Source: Octopus sinensis | Taxonomy: Eukaryota | Assembly: GCF_006345805.1 (NCBI RefSeq) | Contig: NC_043015.1 | Span: 18,166,001 to 18,230,000 of the forward strand | DNA: 64,000 nucleotides | Reading direction: 5' to 3' | Part shown: one piece after another, positions 1 through 12,766 of the stretch | Layout of the letters: each line of letters begins with the position of its first letter | Numbering within the stretch: position 1 is the stretch's first letter | Made by a program: the position numbers and the translations under genes | The notes under the pieces: model-generated | What the model was told of the DNA's origin: nothing | The model's database searches: none | Seen by the model: only the letters and a program-made list of their open reading frames with translations

Positions 1-99
1 CAATATTCTTATATTTAATATATTTTTTGTTTCTAAATTTAAGAATAGGAAACTTCTTGATGGTGAAAAAAAGAGAGAGTGTTAAGATTAGTGCTGTAT

Positions 100-546
100 G
101 GTAAGAAGTTCCTCCAGTATTCTTTGGACCCATCGGTCTTATTATAGTCAATTTCATCTGTTAGTATTTTCTTTGTTCTTATCTGGTTCCAGATATTTTG
201 GCCACTTTATACTTAGGAAGATAACATCTAAAAGACATTCTTTCACAGTTGGCAATAATGTGGTTGATGTCTTCAGTTTTAATTTTGCACAGCTCACATT
301 TGTTGTTTTCTACCATTTATGCTGCAAGCATTTGGTAGGGATCTCTTGTTCTTCAATAACCTTTAAAGTGACTCTTTTTGAGGACAGATCTGCATGAGTT
401 CTTATTTCATGCATTTCCTCAAGTTCATTAGCTATCCTAATTATATGGTATACATACATATAAGCATTTGGCTTGATATCACATGAGAGTTGTGAGTGAG
501 TGTCACCATTATTATGCAAGCAGTCTTGTTCATTTCTCGTAAACAT
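100..546 (-). mobile_element. Degenerate C-terminal fragment of an RLE-type (R4/NeSL-like) non-LTR retrotransposon
   Basis: Minus-strand frames give VIEEQEIPTK, then ENNKCELCKIKTEDINHIIANC (CCHC knuckle), YKVAK and SKEYWRN, broken by frameshifts. This is the motif order of the zinc-knuckle region upstream of a restriction-like endonuclease. Confidence 0.55.
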
Positions 547-800
547 GTCAGGTCATGAGAAAACATTACCTTAGTTGGTGACAGGAAGGATATCTGACTA
601 TAAAAAAATCTTCCTCAAAACATTCCATCCAACCTATGAGCATGAAAAAGTGGACTTAGGTATAAAAATTCAGAATCCCTCTGTGATCAATAAGGCTATA
701 AGGCTGCTCACAACAAACACATTTAAATTCATCTAGATGTCAATATCATCTGAGGAAAATCTACTTTAAAATGCTCAATTATAGAAATTTCCTAGGAATA

Positions 801-1695
801 TAGACGGTGTTTGGGCTAAATTTGACATGAAAGGAAGAGAAAATACAATATTTAATCCAAAAATAAAAGTATTTTGAAAAGAATCAAAAAATATCAACTA
901 GATTATGGCTGGGAGATAACAGTTTACTCAAAGTAGCTGCCCTCAGCTTCCACCACAACCTTAAGATGGCTTCAAGAATCAGCTGCATGCATTTTGCAGT
1001 ATGTCCCTGGAAAGATCTGCAAATACCCCCTTGATCTTGGCCATCAGCTCAGCCTTGGTATTGCAGGCCGAGTAGTTAGTGTCTTTCTCAACTGTGCCCC
1101 ATGGGATTACAATCAGACGTATTAGGATGCCAGAAATTCAGACTGATGAAGTCATAGAAATTCTCAAACCACCACTTCTGACTCTTTCCAAAGGTGAGGT
1201 AAGGAGCCAAATCCTGCTTCCACAGACATTGCCTCTCTAGCCAGAGTTTGACCAGTTTTCAGCAGTTTCACATAGCCATCTGAATTAAGCCTAAGGCCCT
1301 GTTCAAGGACGAGGGGCAGCATGACATCATCCTCACTAAGACACACTCAAAGATCATCACAGTATGGAGGAACTTGGTTTTCATGGCAGATGGGACATTG
1401 CATAGATTGTAGGCAACCCACCTCTTGTTCTGGGTGTTGTACAACTGATTTGGCAGAAGTTCTCTTCATCTGAGAAGATCCAGACTATCCCTGGTTCAAT
1501 GGGATGCCTCAGCTTGTTCATGAGCTTCTTTTCCTTCATCAAGTAGTTCTCTTTGGTTTTGGTTATCAGAATTTGTCCCCCATCAGTGTTCACAGAGCAT
1601 TGATCAACAGTCATAATTTCAGCATTTTGATACCCAATGCAAATCATCATGATACTGGTAATTTTTATGAAATATTCAGATGGCTTCCAATCTGC
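801..1695 (-). mobile_element. Tc1/mariner-superfamily transposon remnant (internally deleted)
   Basis: Minus-strand peptides KLMNKLRHPIEPGIVWIFSDEENFCQ, EQGLRLNSDGYVKLL and PNTSDCNP..GTVEKDTNYSACNTKAELMAKIKGVF match DDD transposase blocks. There are multiple frameshifts. A TIR-like end follows TA near 801; the second TIR was not found. Confidence 0.75.
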
Positions 1696-1719
1696 CATGT
1701 CAGCTAACTTTCTCAGGGT

Positions 1720-2325
1720 TGGTACACTGAAAGGTAGGTCTGGTAAGATTGTTGAGATGCTTGAATGGAGACGTGTAGATTTGTGCTGCATCTAAGAAGT
1801 AAGGTGGAGAGGAGGTTCTGCTAGGTTCCTTACAGGCAAAGAACAAAGTATAAGATTTTCTGGGCAGGGAACAGACAGAGTCAGGGCATGGGTATACTTC
1901 TTGCGGAGAAATAGGTTGATAAGGCAATTGAGGTAGTCAGAATCTGTGGTAGACTACATCATGGATTAGAAACCATTATCTTGGCCTATGCTCCTCAGAC
2001 GGAGCTACCTGATGGACAGAATGACTGATTTTATGACACCCTCTTGCAGACTACCTTGTCAACGAATGACAGGGACCTTCTCTTTGTGGCTGGTGACTCC
2101 TATGGGCATGTCAGACAATATACAGGGAGCTTCCATGGCATACATGAAGGCAATGGTTTTGGTTCCTGCAGTGAGGAGGGAACAAGGCTGCTGGAGTTCT
2201 GTGATACAAATGATCTTATGGTTTGTAACACTAACTTAAGGAAATGTACCAGTCACCTATTCACCTACCGATCTGATAGACACACTAGTCAAATTGACTA
2301 CATCCTTCATCAACATTATGTACTT
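1720..2325 (+). mobile_element. RTE-clade LINE, decayed AP-endonuclease fragment
   Basis: LLFVAGDSYGHV..GFGSCSEEGTRLLEFCDTNDLMVCNTNLRK..SQIDYIL in ORF 2044-2358 is the typical RTE endonuclease sequence. Confidence 0.8.
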
Positions 2326-2650
2326 GCTCTGATGTGTTGCCCCCTTCAGGATAACTAGTGACAGCCTCTGTATCAGCTCACAGTTTCATCAATCATTTTT
2401 ATGTTGTGCAAATTCATGTGCTTCTCAAACCTTTTCAGACCTTACAATTTCCATAAACATGAAATCCCTTAACCTGAGGTAGATATAACACAGGGTTTGC
2501 CTGTATTAGCATTTGAATATCAAAAGTACAAAACAACTACAAAATGTTAAAAAGTTTACAAAAATTGTTTTTTGTTTTAGTAATATTTCTTTTTTTTTCA
2601 TCAGTTTGATGTATTCTGCTTATTTTCCTATCATTCTCCACCTGATTGTT

Positions 2651-2830
2651 ATGTTTGGATGCAAAAGGGCAGTAAACTGCTAGGCAATGGAGATGCCAAG
2701 GACCATCACAAGGTTATTTATAACAACATCCGAGGTGTCACCAAGTTTGCCATCAGATGCTTAGTTTGTCATAGTCCATTGAGACATCTTGGGTCGGATC
2801 TATGAGGAGACTTGTGTTGTGCTCAAGCTA
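2651..2830 (+). pseudogene. Histone H4 pseudogene fragment (codons about 1-60, frameshifted)
   Basis: Hand translation with two small indels gives MFGCKR.SKLLGNGDAKDHHKVIYNNIRGVTKFAIRCLVCHSPLRHLGRIYEETCVVLK. H4 reads [60 protein letters not shown]. The 3' third is absent. Confidence 0.75.
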
Positions 2831-3630
2831 GCTAGCTGATATTCATAGGGTCCTCAAAATATTTCATGAGAATATTAATGTGATCAAACCTCTTTTACTT
2901 TTAACTGGCCAACACATATTTGCTGTACTGCCTTCTCATTGACATCATTCAATTCAACTACTGCTCTGTTCTATTGGTATTTTCTTCTTCATTTTGGGTT
3001 TCTCATTGGTATTTTTGAATAATTTTGAAAGATAGGATACATCTCCATCATATACAAGTGCCTCTACCTCCTCCCAATATCCACCGTATTTTATTTTGTG
3101 GGGAGTAAATATAAGTTTTGAAGCTAAATTTCTTCATAGGGGAATTAGAATCTAAACAGAGAGTATAGTTTTACATTTGAATGAAAGCAAAACGTAACTT
3201 ATTTTAATTCCAAATTCAGCTGCAATATTTTTAAGCTTTCATCTTCTTGTTCTATACTTTTCTTGGTTTAATTAATATTATAATGCCTGCACCTGTAGTT
3301 TTCGTGCTAGTATTGTGTATACACACACAAACATACACCACTCTATAATACAATATGATGTACACCATAATTAGTCTCAGTGTGGTATTTTTTTTTTTTT
3401 TACCAAAAATGCTCAGCAAAATTCATAAACTTATGAATTATTTGGAGGTGTGATATATTTGTTTCCATATTATTCAATGTACTGTCTTTAGGATTAGAAA
3501 TGCATTTCTTCCATCAGCAAAATCACTGATGTCACTATATATCAATTAAATTTACATCTAAACTATTACATTTTTATTATTGAAATTATTTTATTTGTGT
3601 TTTTTGTCTCTTCCTTTTTACAAATATCAG

Positions 3631-3782
3631 GTTTGGTACCGCTGTTTGGCATCGATGTGTGGGAACATGCCTATTATCTGCAATACAAGAATGTACGTCC
3701 AGATTATGTGAAAGCTATTTTCAACATCGCTAACTGGAAGAAAATTGCTGCACTGTTCAAAGCTGCTACTGAGTCAGCTTAA
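3631..3782 (+). CDS. SOD2: Mn superoxide dismutase (mitochondrial), last coding exon
   Basis: [36 protein letters not shown] contains the Mn/Fe-SOD DxWEHAYY motif. A polypyrimidine tract and AG acceptor lie at 3629-3630 (phase 1, the same position as the vertebrate last intron). Stop TAA is at 3780-3782. Upstream exons were not found in the window. Confidence 0.95.
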
Positions 3783-5569
3783 CTCAAGAAGTGATTCAAC
3801 AAATTCTTTAAAATATTATAAAATCCAAAGGTGGGAATATTTCCTACAAATGTTTGTAATGCAATAGACACACACACACACAATATGTATTACATAGTGA
3901 TAATTGAAAGTATGTTAGAAGTGAAAGTAAGTTTCAGTTATTATGGTTTATAGTGTTGATAGAAGTAAAGTGAGAGGAATCAATAAGGATGTTAGTTGTT
4001 TGATTCACTAACTTTACTAACCAATTCTTTGTTTTGTTTTCTTACATATCTCTTGTAAATCAAACTTTCTTATATAGCAGTCTTTTGTTTTATGACACCT
4101 TCTAGTGTGTCAATTTTTTTTTTTTTTTTTTTCAGTTACTCTCTCTGGTGTAACTATATTTCTTGTCATAGTTCTCTCTGTTGTGTATTCCCTAACTATA
4201 TATCTCTATGATAATATAGCTGACATATCTGCATTTCTAAGATCATGGAACTGTTGACTTAATTTTCTGTCTGTACTTTATATTTCACTGTCTTCTGGTG
4301 TCATAGTGTTAACTCATTATTGTACATGAGGCTAAATGGACACCTAACTGTTCTTTAGGACAATAGCAGAGGAGACAAAAATCATTGAAACCCAATATTT
4401 TGAAAAAAGATAAGAATGTTATGTGGATGGGAATACAGAGGATAAGGTTAATCTCTTCAATAGAATATAGAAGTATAATTTACTTTTATTCCAATGGTAA
4501 TCTTTATGAATCTTAGTGCATGTGTTAATATTATTATAGTCAAAAGTTTTTTTTTCGAGTTTTCCGAGGTGTTTAAAATGAGTTTGTTAATTCTCTTCCT
4601 TGCTTTTTAAATTGTCATTTTGTGTGACTCAAAGTTGCATCAAAAATAGGCCATTTGGGGTTGTTCCTATAGTAAGGACTTTTAATTTTTGAGGGGGTCT
4701 TTTTTAAATCCTTGGGGGTTATGAGATAGAATGATTTTATGTTAAAGAGCTTCATAGACACTACTGCAACATTTTAACACAGCTTCCCAGAGTAGGGGCG
4801 AAGTTTGCTTCTAAAACTTGATGGTATTCACAAAACATATTAAACACTGATTTAAGTCATTTGCTTACACCACTAGATCAATGCTATCTTTAAATTTCAA
4901 TAAAGTTTTGACTCAGCAATACTTGATATCTTTTACATCAGGAGTTTGCCTGATTTATTGCTTAAAGAAAAATGACAATGACAATGACAATTTATTCTCT
5001 CATCATCACAAAATCTTTATTATTTTCTATATTTTTTCTTATTTAAAAAGAAAAATTAAATTTGCCAGTATCTCCATGGCTTCAGAATTTTCTCTGAGTA
5101 TTGTTTGTTTTAAAGTATGTTATTTATTATATCTTTTAAGTCAATACACTTGTTCTGAGTACACACCTTATCACCAAGCTCCTTCATCACTCTATTTTAC
5201 CACAGCCCACAACACAACATAGTTGCCAATGCTGACAACCTTGCACAGAAATATTGCCCCACATTATTTAGTGGAAGAATGCAAAATCTGTATTTACAAG
5301 ATGCCTGAAAGAAGTTACCACTTGAGACACCTTTACAAATATTTTATTGTAACCTTAGAGAAATTTCCTTTCTGTCTTACTGCAAACATTCTCCGTTAGC
5401 TTAGTCAACTATAAAATTCAGTCGTGAAAATGTTCCCTAATAATCCATACACATTACTCATTCAGTAGACTCCTAAAATGCTGACATGAAAATCTGTGTA
5501 ATCCTCCCATCTTCTAATGAAACTGTTATGTCTGCTTGTGTTTAACCAAAACATTTAATTTTAGCATAT

Positions 5570-6231
5570 CTACCTATAGATATCCCACAAACTAATGGAT
5601 CCATCTTGGGATCCAGCAGCAAGAAGGTCATTGTCTGAAAATGCAACACACTTAACACTCAATTTATGGTAACTTAAAACTGCAAGAGGTTTCCCTTTTT
5701 TAGTCCCCAAAATTCTTATGTTTGAATCCCATCCTGCAACTGCAAGTATTCTTTCGTCATTTCTTAATTTCATATGATTAATGCCTGAATTGGTGAGCTG
5801 AACAGCCGGCAACTTAGTGAAACCATTATCTTGACAAACAGACCACTGAGTTAGTTTGTCATTTACAGATCCTGACCAACCATGGCCAGATTCACTACAA
5901 CAAACACACGTTACCATTTCTTCATACAAAGAAATACAGTCAATAATTTTTCTTTCTCTGATATCCCACAAAGCAATACATCCATTCTCATAACCAATAA
6001 GGAGTCCTGATTGGTTATGTTTCATTTTAGCAATGTCCATGCACATACCATATTTATTTCCTTCAAAATGGTCAGATGGTTTCAGGAATGCCACATTTTG
6101 TTGATTAACAGAGTCAATGATATTAACTTGAGATTCTTCTTGAGAGGGTACAGCAATCAAGGGAGAGTTGGTAGAATCTCCTGGAATAACACACCCTTGA
6201 CAGAACCCAATGGAACATTTTGCTACTTCAT
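5570..6231 (-). CDS. GNB1L: GNB1L-like WD40 protein, coding exon 2 (terminal)
   Basis: Contains SIGFC, LIGYENGCIALWDI, LTNSGINHMKLRNDERILAVAGWDSNIRI and PLAVLSYH..VKCVAFS..LLAAGSQDGSISLWDIY*, matching the GNB1L C-terminus. Acceptor ttttcttttacag ends at 6232, phase 1. Stop TAG is at 5572-5570. Confidence 0.93.
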
Positions 6232-6329
6232 CTGTAAAAGAAAACAAATTGTAAGTTGAAGACCGGTTAATTAATTTCTAAATATTCTAGTTTAATTAAA
6301 AAATGCACACTGTAATTTGAGAAACTTGG

Positions 6330-7130
6330 AGTAGATGAATGTCTTGTAAGGGCCAGGCAAGCCATGTACAGATACAGTTAGCAATGTGTTCAAGAAATTT
6401 AGAGTATAGGGACTTAGTCCTCAGTCCCTCTTGGCTAGTATAATTCTGAAAGCCATCACAGAGGAGTTAGAATCAGTACTTATAATTTGGGGGAGATCAG
6501 GAACAAGAGAAGAAATTCAAGGAAGAAGCAAAACTTAAAACTAAGAGACCTTTTAGGAAGCAGGATATAAGACAAGACTTTTAGTAGAAATTCTATACAT
6601 TGTGCTCAGTGTAAACTATGAACAAAAGAAAAAAGTGGTAGGATCATGGGCAAGCTGACAAAGATCTCATAAGTGGCAGTTGTAAGATTACACTTGAAAT
6701 AAATGCTTTTAAATACCTAGAGATCAACTTAGAAGTAATAAATAGCTTTTATACGTGATTTTATTGGTGGAGGTGGATATTCTGAAAGAAATGAAGCAAG
6801 CATATTCCATTAAATGTAATGTTTATGAGCATAAACGACAGAACCAAGAGAACAGTTGGATATAAGATGTTGCATGCAAGAGAGATGACTACACTGCTAC
6901 ATCTGTGTAATGTGCATGATAGGTGACAGCTTTATAAAGAAGTGCCAAGCACTCCAAGTTAACCTCTGTGAAAGAGGAAGGCATAGGGTAAAATGATGAA
7001 GACTGATCTCAAGAAGTTGAACCTCAAAAGACCACAAGTGGTGATATGCAATGTTGGAGAAAACTCACCCACCCACATTAGTATGTTTAGACATGCTAAA
7101 ATAGTGGTGATAAGGGAAGTTTAGACTCGT
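6330..7130 (+). mobile_element. Highly decayed RTE LINE fragments in the GNB1L intron
   Basis: Remnants resembling SVLSPLLF..EAITEEF (about 6410-6465) and KTDLKKLNL (about 7000) of RTE ORF2, with many stops. Confidence 0.4.
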
Positions 7131-8255
7131 CCATATTCAAACACTCCAATCATCAATCTTCGTCTCTACCCATCTCTCTCCTATCACACTACTTGTGTAA
7201 CAAGGGATGTTATCAGACATGCATATTCAACTTTCCTTTATAACTAATATTGACATCCATCATTTTCTCATTACTTTTATCACTGTTGACCTACCTCATT
7301 TTCTCATTTCTATACACTCTCCCAGGTACTCTTTCTTCCCCAATACACTACTCATGCTGCTTTTGTCTAACCAGCTTTGTTACTCCCTCATCTATCATTC
7401 TGTTTTTACATCATATACTTGCTTTTTTATCACCCTCTCACACCAGCTCTTCCACTCTCTCTTCACATTGCCTCAAACATATGGAGACAATACAGAGTAA
7501 AGCAACTTCTCTAGTGCTGGTACCATCATAAAATGTACCCAGTAAAATCAGTAATGTGATTGGTGTTAGAAAGGACACCCTACCACAGAAACCATAACAA
7601 AAATGGAATGTATAAGTGAGATATGGCCCCCAACCCCCTGGAACATGATAATTGGTAAGCAAGCATAAAATGAGGAGAAGACAAATTTTTTTTTCTATTG
7701 TTTAACTTTATATTTGCATTTCTGACATTAGTCCAACAGACACAGTTCTGTAGTACTGGACACTAGAATAAACTTTTGAAAAGAGGTTTAAATGATAAAA
7801 ATATTTTTAGCCAAGATTGAGTAAATAGCACAAATTAAAACTAATGTCCTGATAATCATTGGTGGAACACTTTAACTTACAATTAATTCTCTTCAAATGT
7901 ATCCTGATAATCTTTGAATACTAATGTTTTAATCCTGTTCCACTTTCAATGGTAGATATTTGATTTCTAACTTTCCTGCAATACCACAATATGAAAACAG
8001 AGGGGTTTAGTTAATTGAATCAACTGCAGTATTTGATTTACTTATTCAACCTATTAACAATATATAGAGGTAATATTAGCAATTTATACCAGCTTTACTG
8101 AATAAACCCCCAAACCCCAGTTTATCAAACTTGGAAATATACCACTATTTTTTCTTCCCTAAATCTTAAACAGAACAGCATACAAGTGAATACAAAGATA
8201 TTATCAGGGCCAACACAATAATGCTAAAAGTATATTTCACTTCTTAACTACTTAC

Positions 8256-8553
8256 TTATTTTCTGCCAACCATTTCCAGCATCCCAAAAGATAAGATGTC
8301 CATCTCGACCAGTGGTTACTACATGTCCTGAACATTTAAGTTGGTCAATCCAAAGAAGACCTCGAACCTCATGAGCCTTCTTTTCTTGCTGTGTCACACG
8401 TTTTAAGTTCATATCCCAGAGACTGATGTCTCCATTCTGAGTTCCAGCAGACAGGAAGGTACCAGATGGAAATGTTAGAAACTTTAGACATGTTATTGGA
8501 CTTTTGTCAGAATTTCGGAGGATAAATACAGGATCTGGTGAGGCTTGGGTCAT
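8256..8553 (-). CDS. GNB1L: GNB1L-like WD40 protein, coding exon 1
   Basis: MTQASPDPVFILR..LSAGTQNGDISLWDM..GRDGHLIFWD matches the GNB1L N-terminus (PDPxFxLR). Donor GTAAGT at 8255, phase 1, is compatible with exon 2. The spliced CDS is 298+662=960 nt (319 aa). An acceptor (ttttccag, 8566-8565) just upstream of the ATG implies a non-coding first exon elsewhere. Confidence 0.9.
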
Positions 8554-9370
8554 ATGTGAAATATCTGGAAAATATTTTTGTATCATCATGAGAAAAAGAA
8601 AGATGCTTATTTCTTTATAATGGAATATAAAGCATGTGTAACAGTGGAATGTGTGATGTGTGACTGAAGAACATTGTTATACACTATGATGTATAACAGA
8701 GATTTCATGCATTATTCTGAAGTTTACAGAGCAATCAAATGAAAGAATTTGAATTTTTACTTTTAATGTACAAATAATTTCATAACAGGACATAAAGAGC
8801 TTGATATTTATATAGTGTTTAAACTATTTTCAAATGACACTTTTAAAAATGTTAGTTGTTATTTACTTAAATAACATGTATGGAGACTTCAGCAACTGCC
8901 TTTATTTTTCATATGTATACATATACATATGTATATATATATATATATATAAACACACACACACATATATAAATACATATATATATATATATTTGCATGA
9001 GGGCTTAGATTGTGGCCAGTTCTATGGTAAAGAGTAAAAGCAGTCAAATTTTCTCTGAAAATATGTACCTGAAAAGTTTACAAATCTCTTCATTGTCTTG
9101 GTCAAGTTCAGTGCTTAAATGTTTTTCAGCTGTTCAAGAGATACTATACTATAGTTGTACTTTAAATAGAAGAATAGTTACTTTCAAACTAATTTCACAT
9201 AGGGAGAGCATAATTTTTAATTAGATACCATACATAATTATAAAGTGTACAGGGCAACTGAAAAAGAGCCCATCTTTTATAGGTAAAGTTCCCTGCTCCC
9301 AACTATCTGCTTTCACTTTCTTTTGAGATATATGTGATTTGACACCCTGACAAACTGCCATTCATACATA

Positions 9371-10637
9371 CGAGGGGTGTTCAATAAGTAATGCCCCTGA
9401 CCCACTTGCAGTTGTTTGATCTAGCTGAAATTTTGCATGTGCACTTATTTATACCTCTATAGATTAAGTGGCAAATTACAGCTCTGAACTAATTGTGGTT
9501 TCTGATTTACAGGTGTTTGAACTGAGTCAAGTGTGAAATGGAGCCTGTTGAGTGTCGAGCAGTGATCTGGTTTTTGTATTTGAAAGGACGCACACCACGG
9601 GAGACTTTTGATGAAATGAAAGTAACTTATGGTGATGATGCCCCATCATATGACCTTGTAAAACGCTGGCATTGTGAATTCAAACATAGTCGGAACTCTG
9701 TGGAAACAGCTCCCAGATCTGGTCGCCCCCTTCTGCCGTTGAGACGTCTGTCCGTCAAGTTGAGGCTGCCGTTTTGGAAGGTCAACGCATAACTATTCAC
9801 CAAATAGCCCATAAGGTCAAGATTAGTACCGGGTCTGTGGAAACTATCATTCATGACCATTTGCATATGCAAAAGGTGTCTGCCAGATGGATTTCCAGGT
9901 TGCTCACACCTTTCCAGAAGCAAGAACGCGTTGAGTGCTCGAGGATGAATTTGGAGATGTGCCAAAAAGATGAGCCAAAATTTTTCAAAAGACTGATCAC
10001 ACAGGATAAAACCTGGGTCCATCACTATGATCCAGAGACCAAAGCCCAGTCAATGCAGTGAAAGCACCGTGACTCACCTCCTCCAAAGAAGGCAAGGGTG
10101 CAGCCCTCTGCTGACAAGGTTATGCTCACAGTCTTCTGGGACCAGGACGGAGTAGTGATGACAGATTTCCTGGCAAAGGGTACCACAATTACAGGAGCCT
10201 ATTATGCTTCACTTTTGAGGAAATTAAGAGAAGCTATTAAAATCAAGAGGCGGGGCAAGATCAGCAAAGGCATCCTCCTCCTGCAGGACAACGCTCCGGT
10301 CCACAACTCGTGTGTCGCCAGATCAGAAGCACAGGCGTGCAGCTATGAACTCCTCCCCTTGCACCCTCTGATTTTCACCTCTTCCCAGCCATGAAGTTGA
10401 TTTTGAAAGGAAAGCGTTTCCCAGATGATGCAGCCTTGATTTCTGAAGTCACGTCGTGGTTGGTGGACCAAGCTGGGGTCTTCTACAAAAACAGTCTCCA
10501 GAGCTGTATCAAACGATGGAAGAAATGCATAACTCTGGGTAGTTCCTATGTAGGAAAAGACTAATAACTGTGCCAAGTGTCGTTGCTCTACTGCTATGGG
10601 AAGTGGGTCAGGGGCATTACTTATTGAACGCCCCTTG
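9371..10637 (+). mobile_element. Full-length mariner (DD34D-type) transposon with inactivated transposase
   Basis: 37-bp TIRs with 2 mismatches (CGAGGGGTGTTCAATAAGTAATGCCCCTGACCCACTT at 9371; reverse complement at 10601-10637) and TA duplications at 9369-70 and 10638-39. Transposase from ATG 9538 carries ARWI, ITQDKTW, QDNAP and PSDF motifs. It has a frameshift near 9730, an in-frame TGA at 10059-61 and a deletion of the YSPDL motif. Confidence 0.95.
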
Positions 10638-11849
10638 TATATGAGTGTAATGTATATATTTATTTCTCGTTACATGCTTACATATTGTGTGGTTAAGAAG
10701 CTTGCTTCCCAACCATGTCTCTGAAAGTATAATAGCCAAAGTACAAGCAGACTGGAGAAAGTTCAGAGAACTATTACTTCTGTCGGTCATGAAAAGTTTC
10801 CCTCCCAGTGGGAAAAATCAGTCTGTATGATGCTTATCTATGAATTGCAATGCTACATGGAAGTGAGACAAGGGCCCTGAATGCAGAGAGTCTACAAAGA
10901 CTAGAAAGAAACGAAGCAAGCATGCTTGACTGGATGTGCAATGACAGAGTACAATGAGTTAAGATAAAAACTGGGCATAAGAGGGATCAGATGTGTGCAG
11001 AAAAGAGGGCTGTGTTGGTTTTGACATGTGATGTGTAAGGAAGTCTGCTTTCTGTTAACCTTCCTGTGATTCCACTGTTTCTCAAGTATGCACCACATAC
11101 ATTATATGAAATTTCCACCTACATATCAAGCATGTTGTTTTTCTGAAAGGAGTTGGGTCTTGTCTGTTTTCTTACTAAAGCTTAGACTTTGGTAAATTTA
11201 AAGCCTTTTAATTCCGGGTTTTGCTTCCATACCTGCAATTTCTTTTCTAATTCTACAAAAGATTCAGGTATTAGAATGAGGTGATCAGCATATAGCAGCC
11301 TCCAAGAACAACTGGTCTTAAACTCTATTATGGCCTGGAAAAAAAATTCATTGCTATATTTAAGGCACCAGGCAGTATATTTTGAGGAATGATATAGTCA
11401 ATTATGTCAACCAGGCACTTATTTGACTGAAGAAAGATGGAAAGCAAAAGTTGAGTACAGTGGGATTTGAACTCAAAATATAAAAGCTATAATAAAATCT
11501 GTAGAGCATTTAGTCCTATACTCTATTGATTTTGTAATGACAGCAGCAATGGATAAAGTTAGATGCAGATATGATAGACAATTAACACGAGTTACATCAG
11601 TGTTTTAAAGGTTGGAGTATATGGAAAGATGTTTCATAGACATAGATCATCAAGATGAAGAAAGGCAGTTGAGGAGTTTGACAACTACATGATTTCAGGA
11701 ATTCATTTTCTACTAAAGCCTTGATCACTCTGTCACAAACATTTAGGATAAACACAGCAACACTCAACATACGCATACCCTCATTTCCAGAAGTTAAATT
11801 GTAACTAGATTTATTATTTGTCAAGTTCTTAATGTTGTATGCTTTAGGA

Positions 11850-12590
11850 TTTGATCTGAGAACATCGTATTTATCTTTGTGGAAGTTGGAATTTACTTTT
11901 ACAGACAAACGAAAATCCTTGTTGCTAAGGAACACTTTATCTAAATAGTGTCCAAGTAGACCACTGATTGGAGCTAATTTATGTCTACCTCACCAAAGTT
12001 AGCTAGAACAACCAAAAATATGTAACCAGTTATGAAGGCATCAAACTCAGGGCAATGTCTGCAATGGATTTTTGTATTCTTTGTGGGATCCATGCCGGGA
12101 GAACTACCTAACTTTTCATCTATGGTGACAGCAGTGGTACTTGTTTTCATTTCTTCTAACATACCAGGTGAAGAGTGTCTGGAATCATGTTGCAGACTTC
12201 CTTCCAACTCATCAATGACTTGAGGGTGTAGATTTCTTGTTGATGTCAATTATCATCAAAACCTATTGACAGGAAACTCCATTACTTCAGACACTTTTGA
12301 ACTGCTGTTATCACAATCACTATCATCCAACGAATATTCCCTGTTGCCACCATCAGATGGACTCATGTTTCACAGGAGATGCTTCTTGTGGTATAGAAGT
12401 CCAGCACCTCTTCTATTTCTGTTCACCTCTATCTTCAGTAAATTGTGATCATCAAGATCCAAGATCAAATTTATATCATGATTTTTCATACGCTTCTTTT
12501 GTGGCACCAACCAAGAGTGACAAACATTTTACAGGCAGTTTTACAAAGTTGCAGTATTATTTCTGAAGAATTTTTCTTCTGCCATCAAAA
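11850..12590 (-). pseudogene. TOE1-like (CAF1Z deadenylase) C-terminal pseudogene fragment
   Basis: Minus frames give CKMFVTLGWCHKRS..(C)MKNHDINLILDLDD (C3H zinc finger followed by HDIxLI), then FDAFITGYIF and DKVFLSNKDF.LSVK. These match the TOE1 motifs GWC..C..SHDIDLI, GFDAFMTGY and NKVYLSGK in order. Several stops and frameshifts are present. Confidence 0.68.
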
Positions 12591-12766
12591 TTAACGTAAA
12601 TTTTGATATTAACACCTGCACGATTTTCACTAAGAAAAATCAAATTATGGAAGACTACCAAGTCACGTGGAGATGAAATGGTTGTACTTTGACCGGGTGC
12701 TCAAAGACTGGGATAGTATAGCCCTTTTCCTTTAAGTTAAGACGATAACATATATATATATATATG

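Noticed and set aside
1143-1165. CTGATGA..GAAA motif
   Set aside because: No stem II pairing. It lies inside the antisense of the Tc1/mariner coding region, so it is a chance match.
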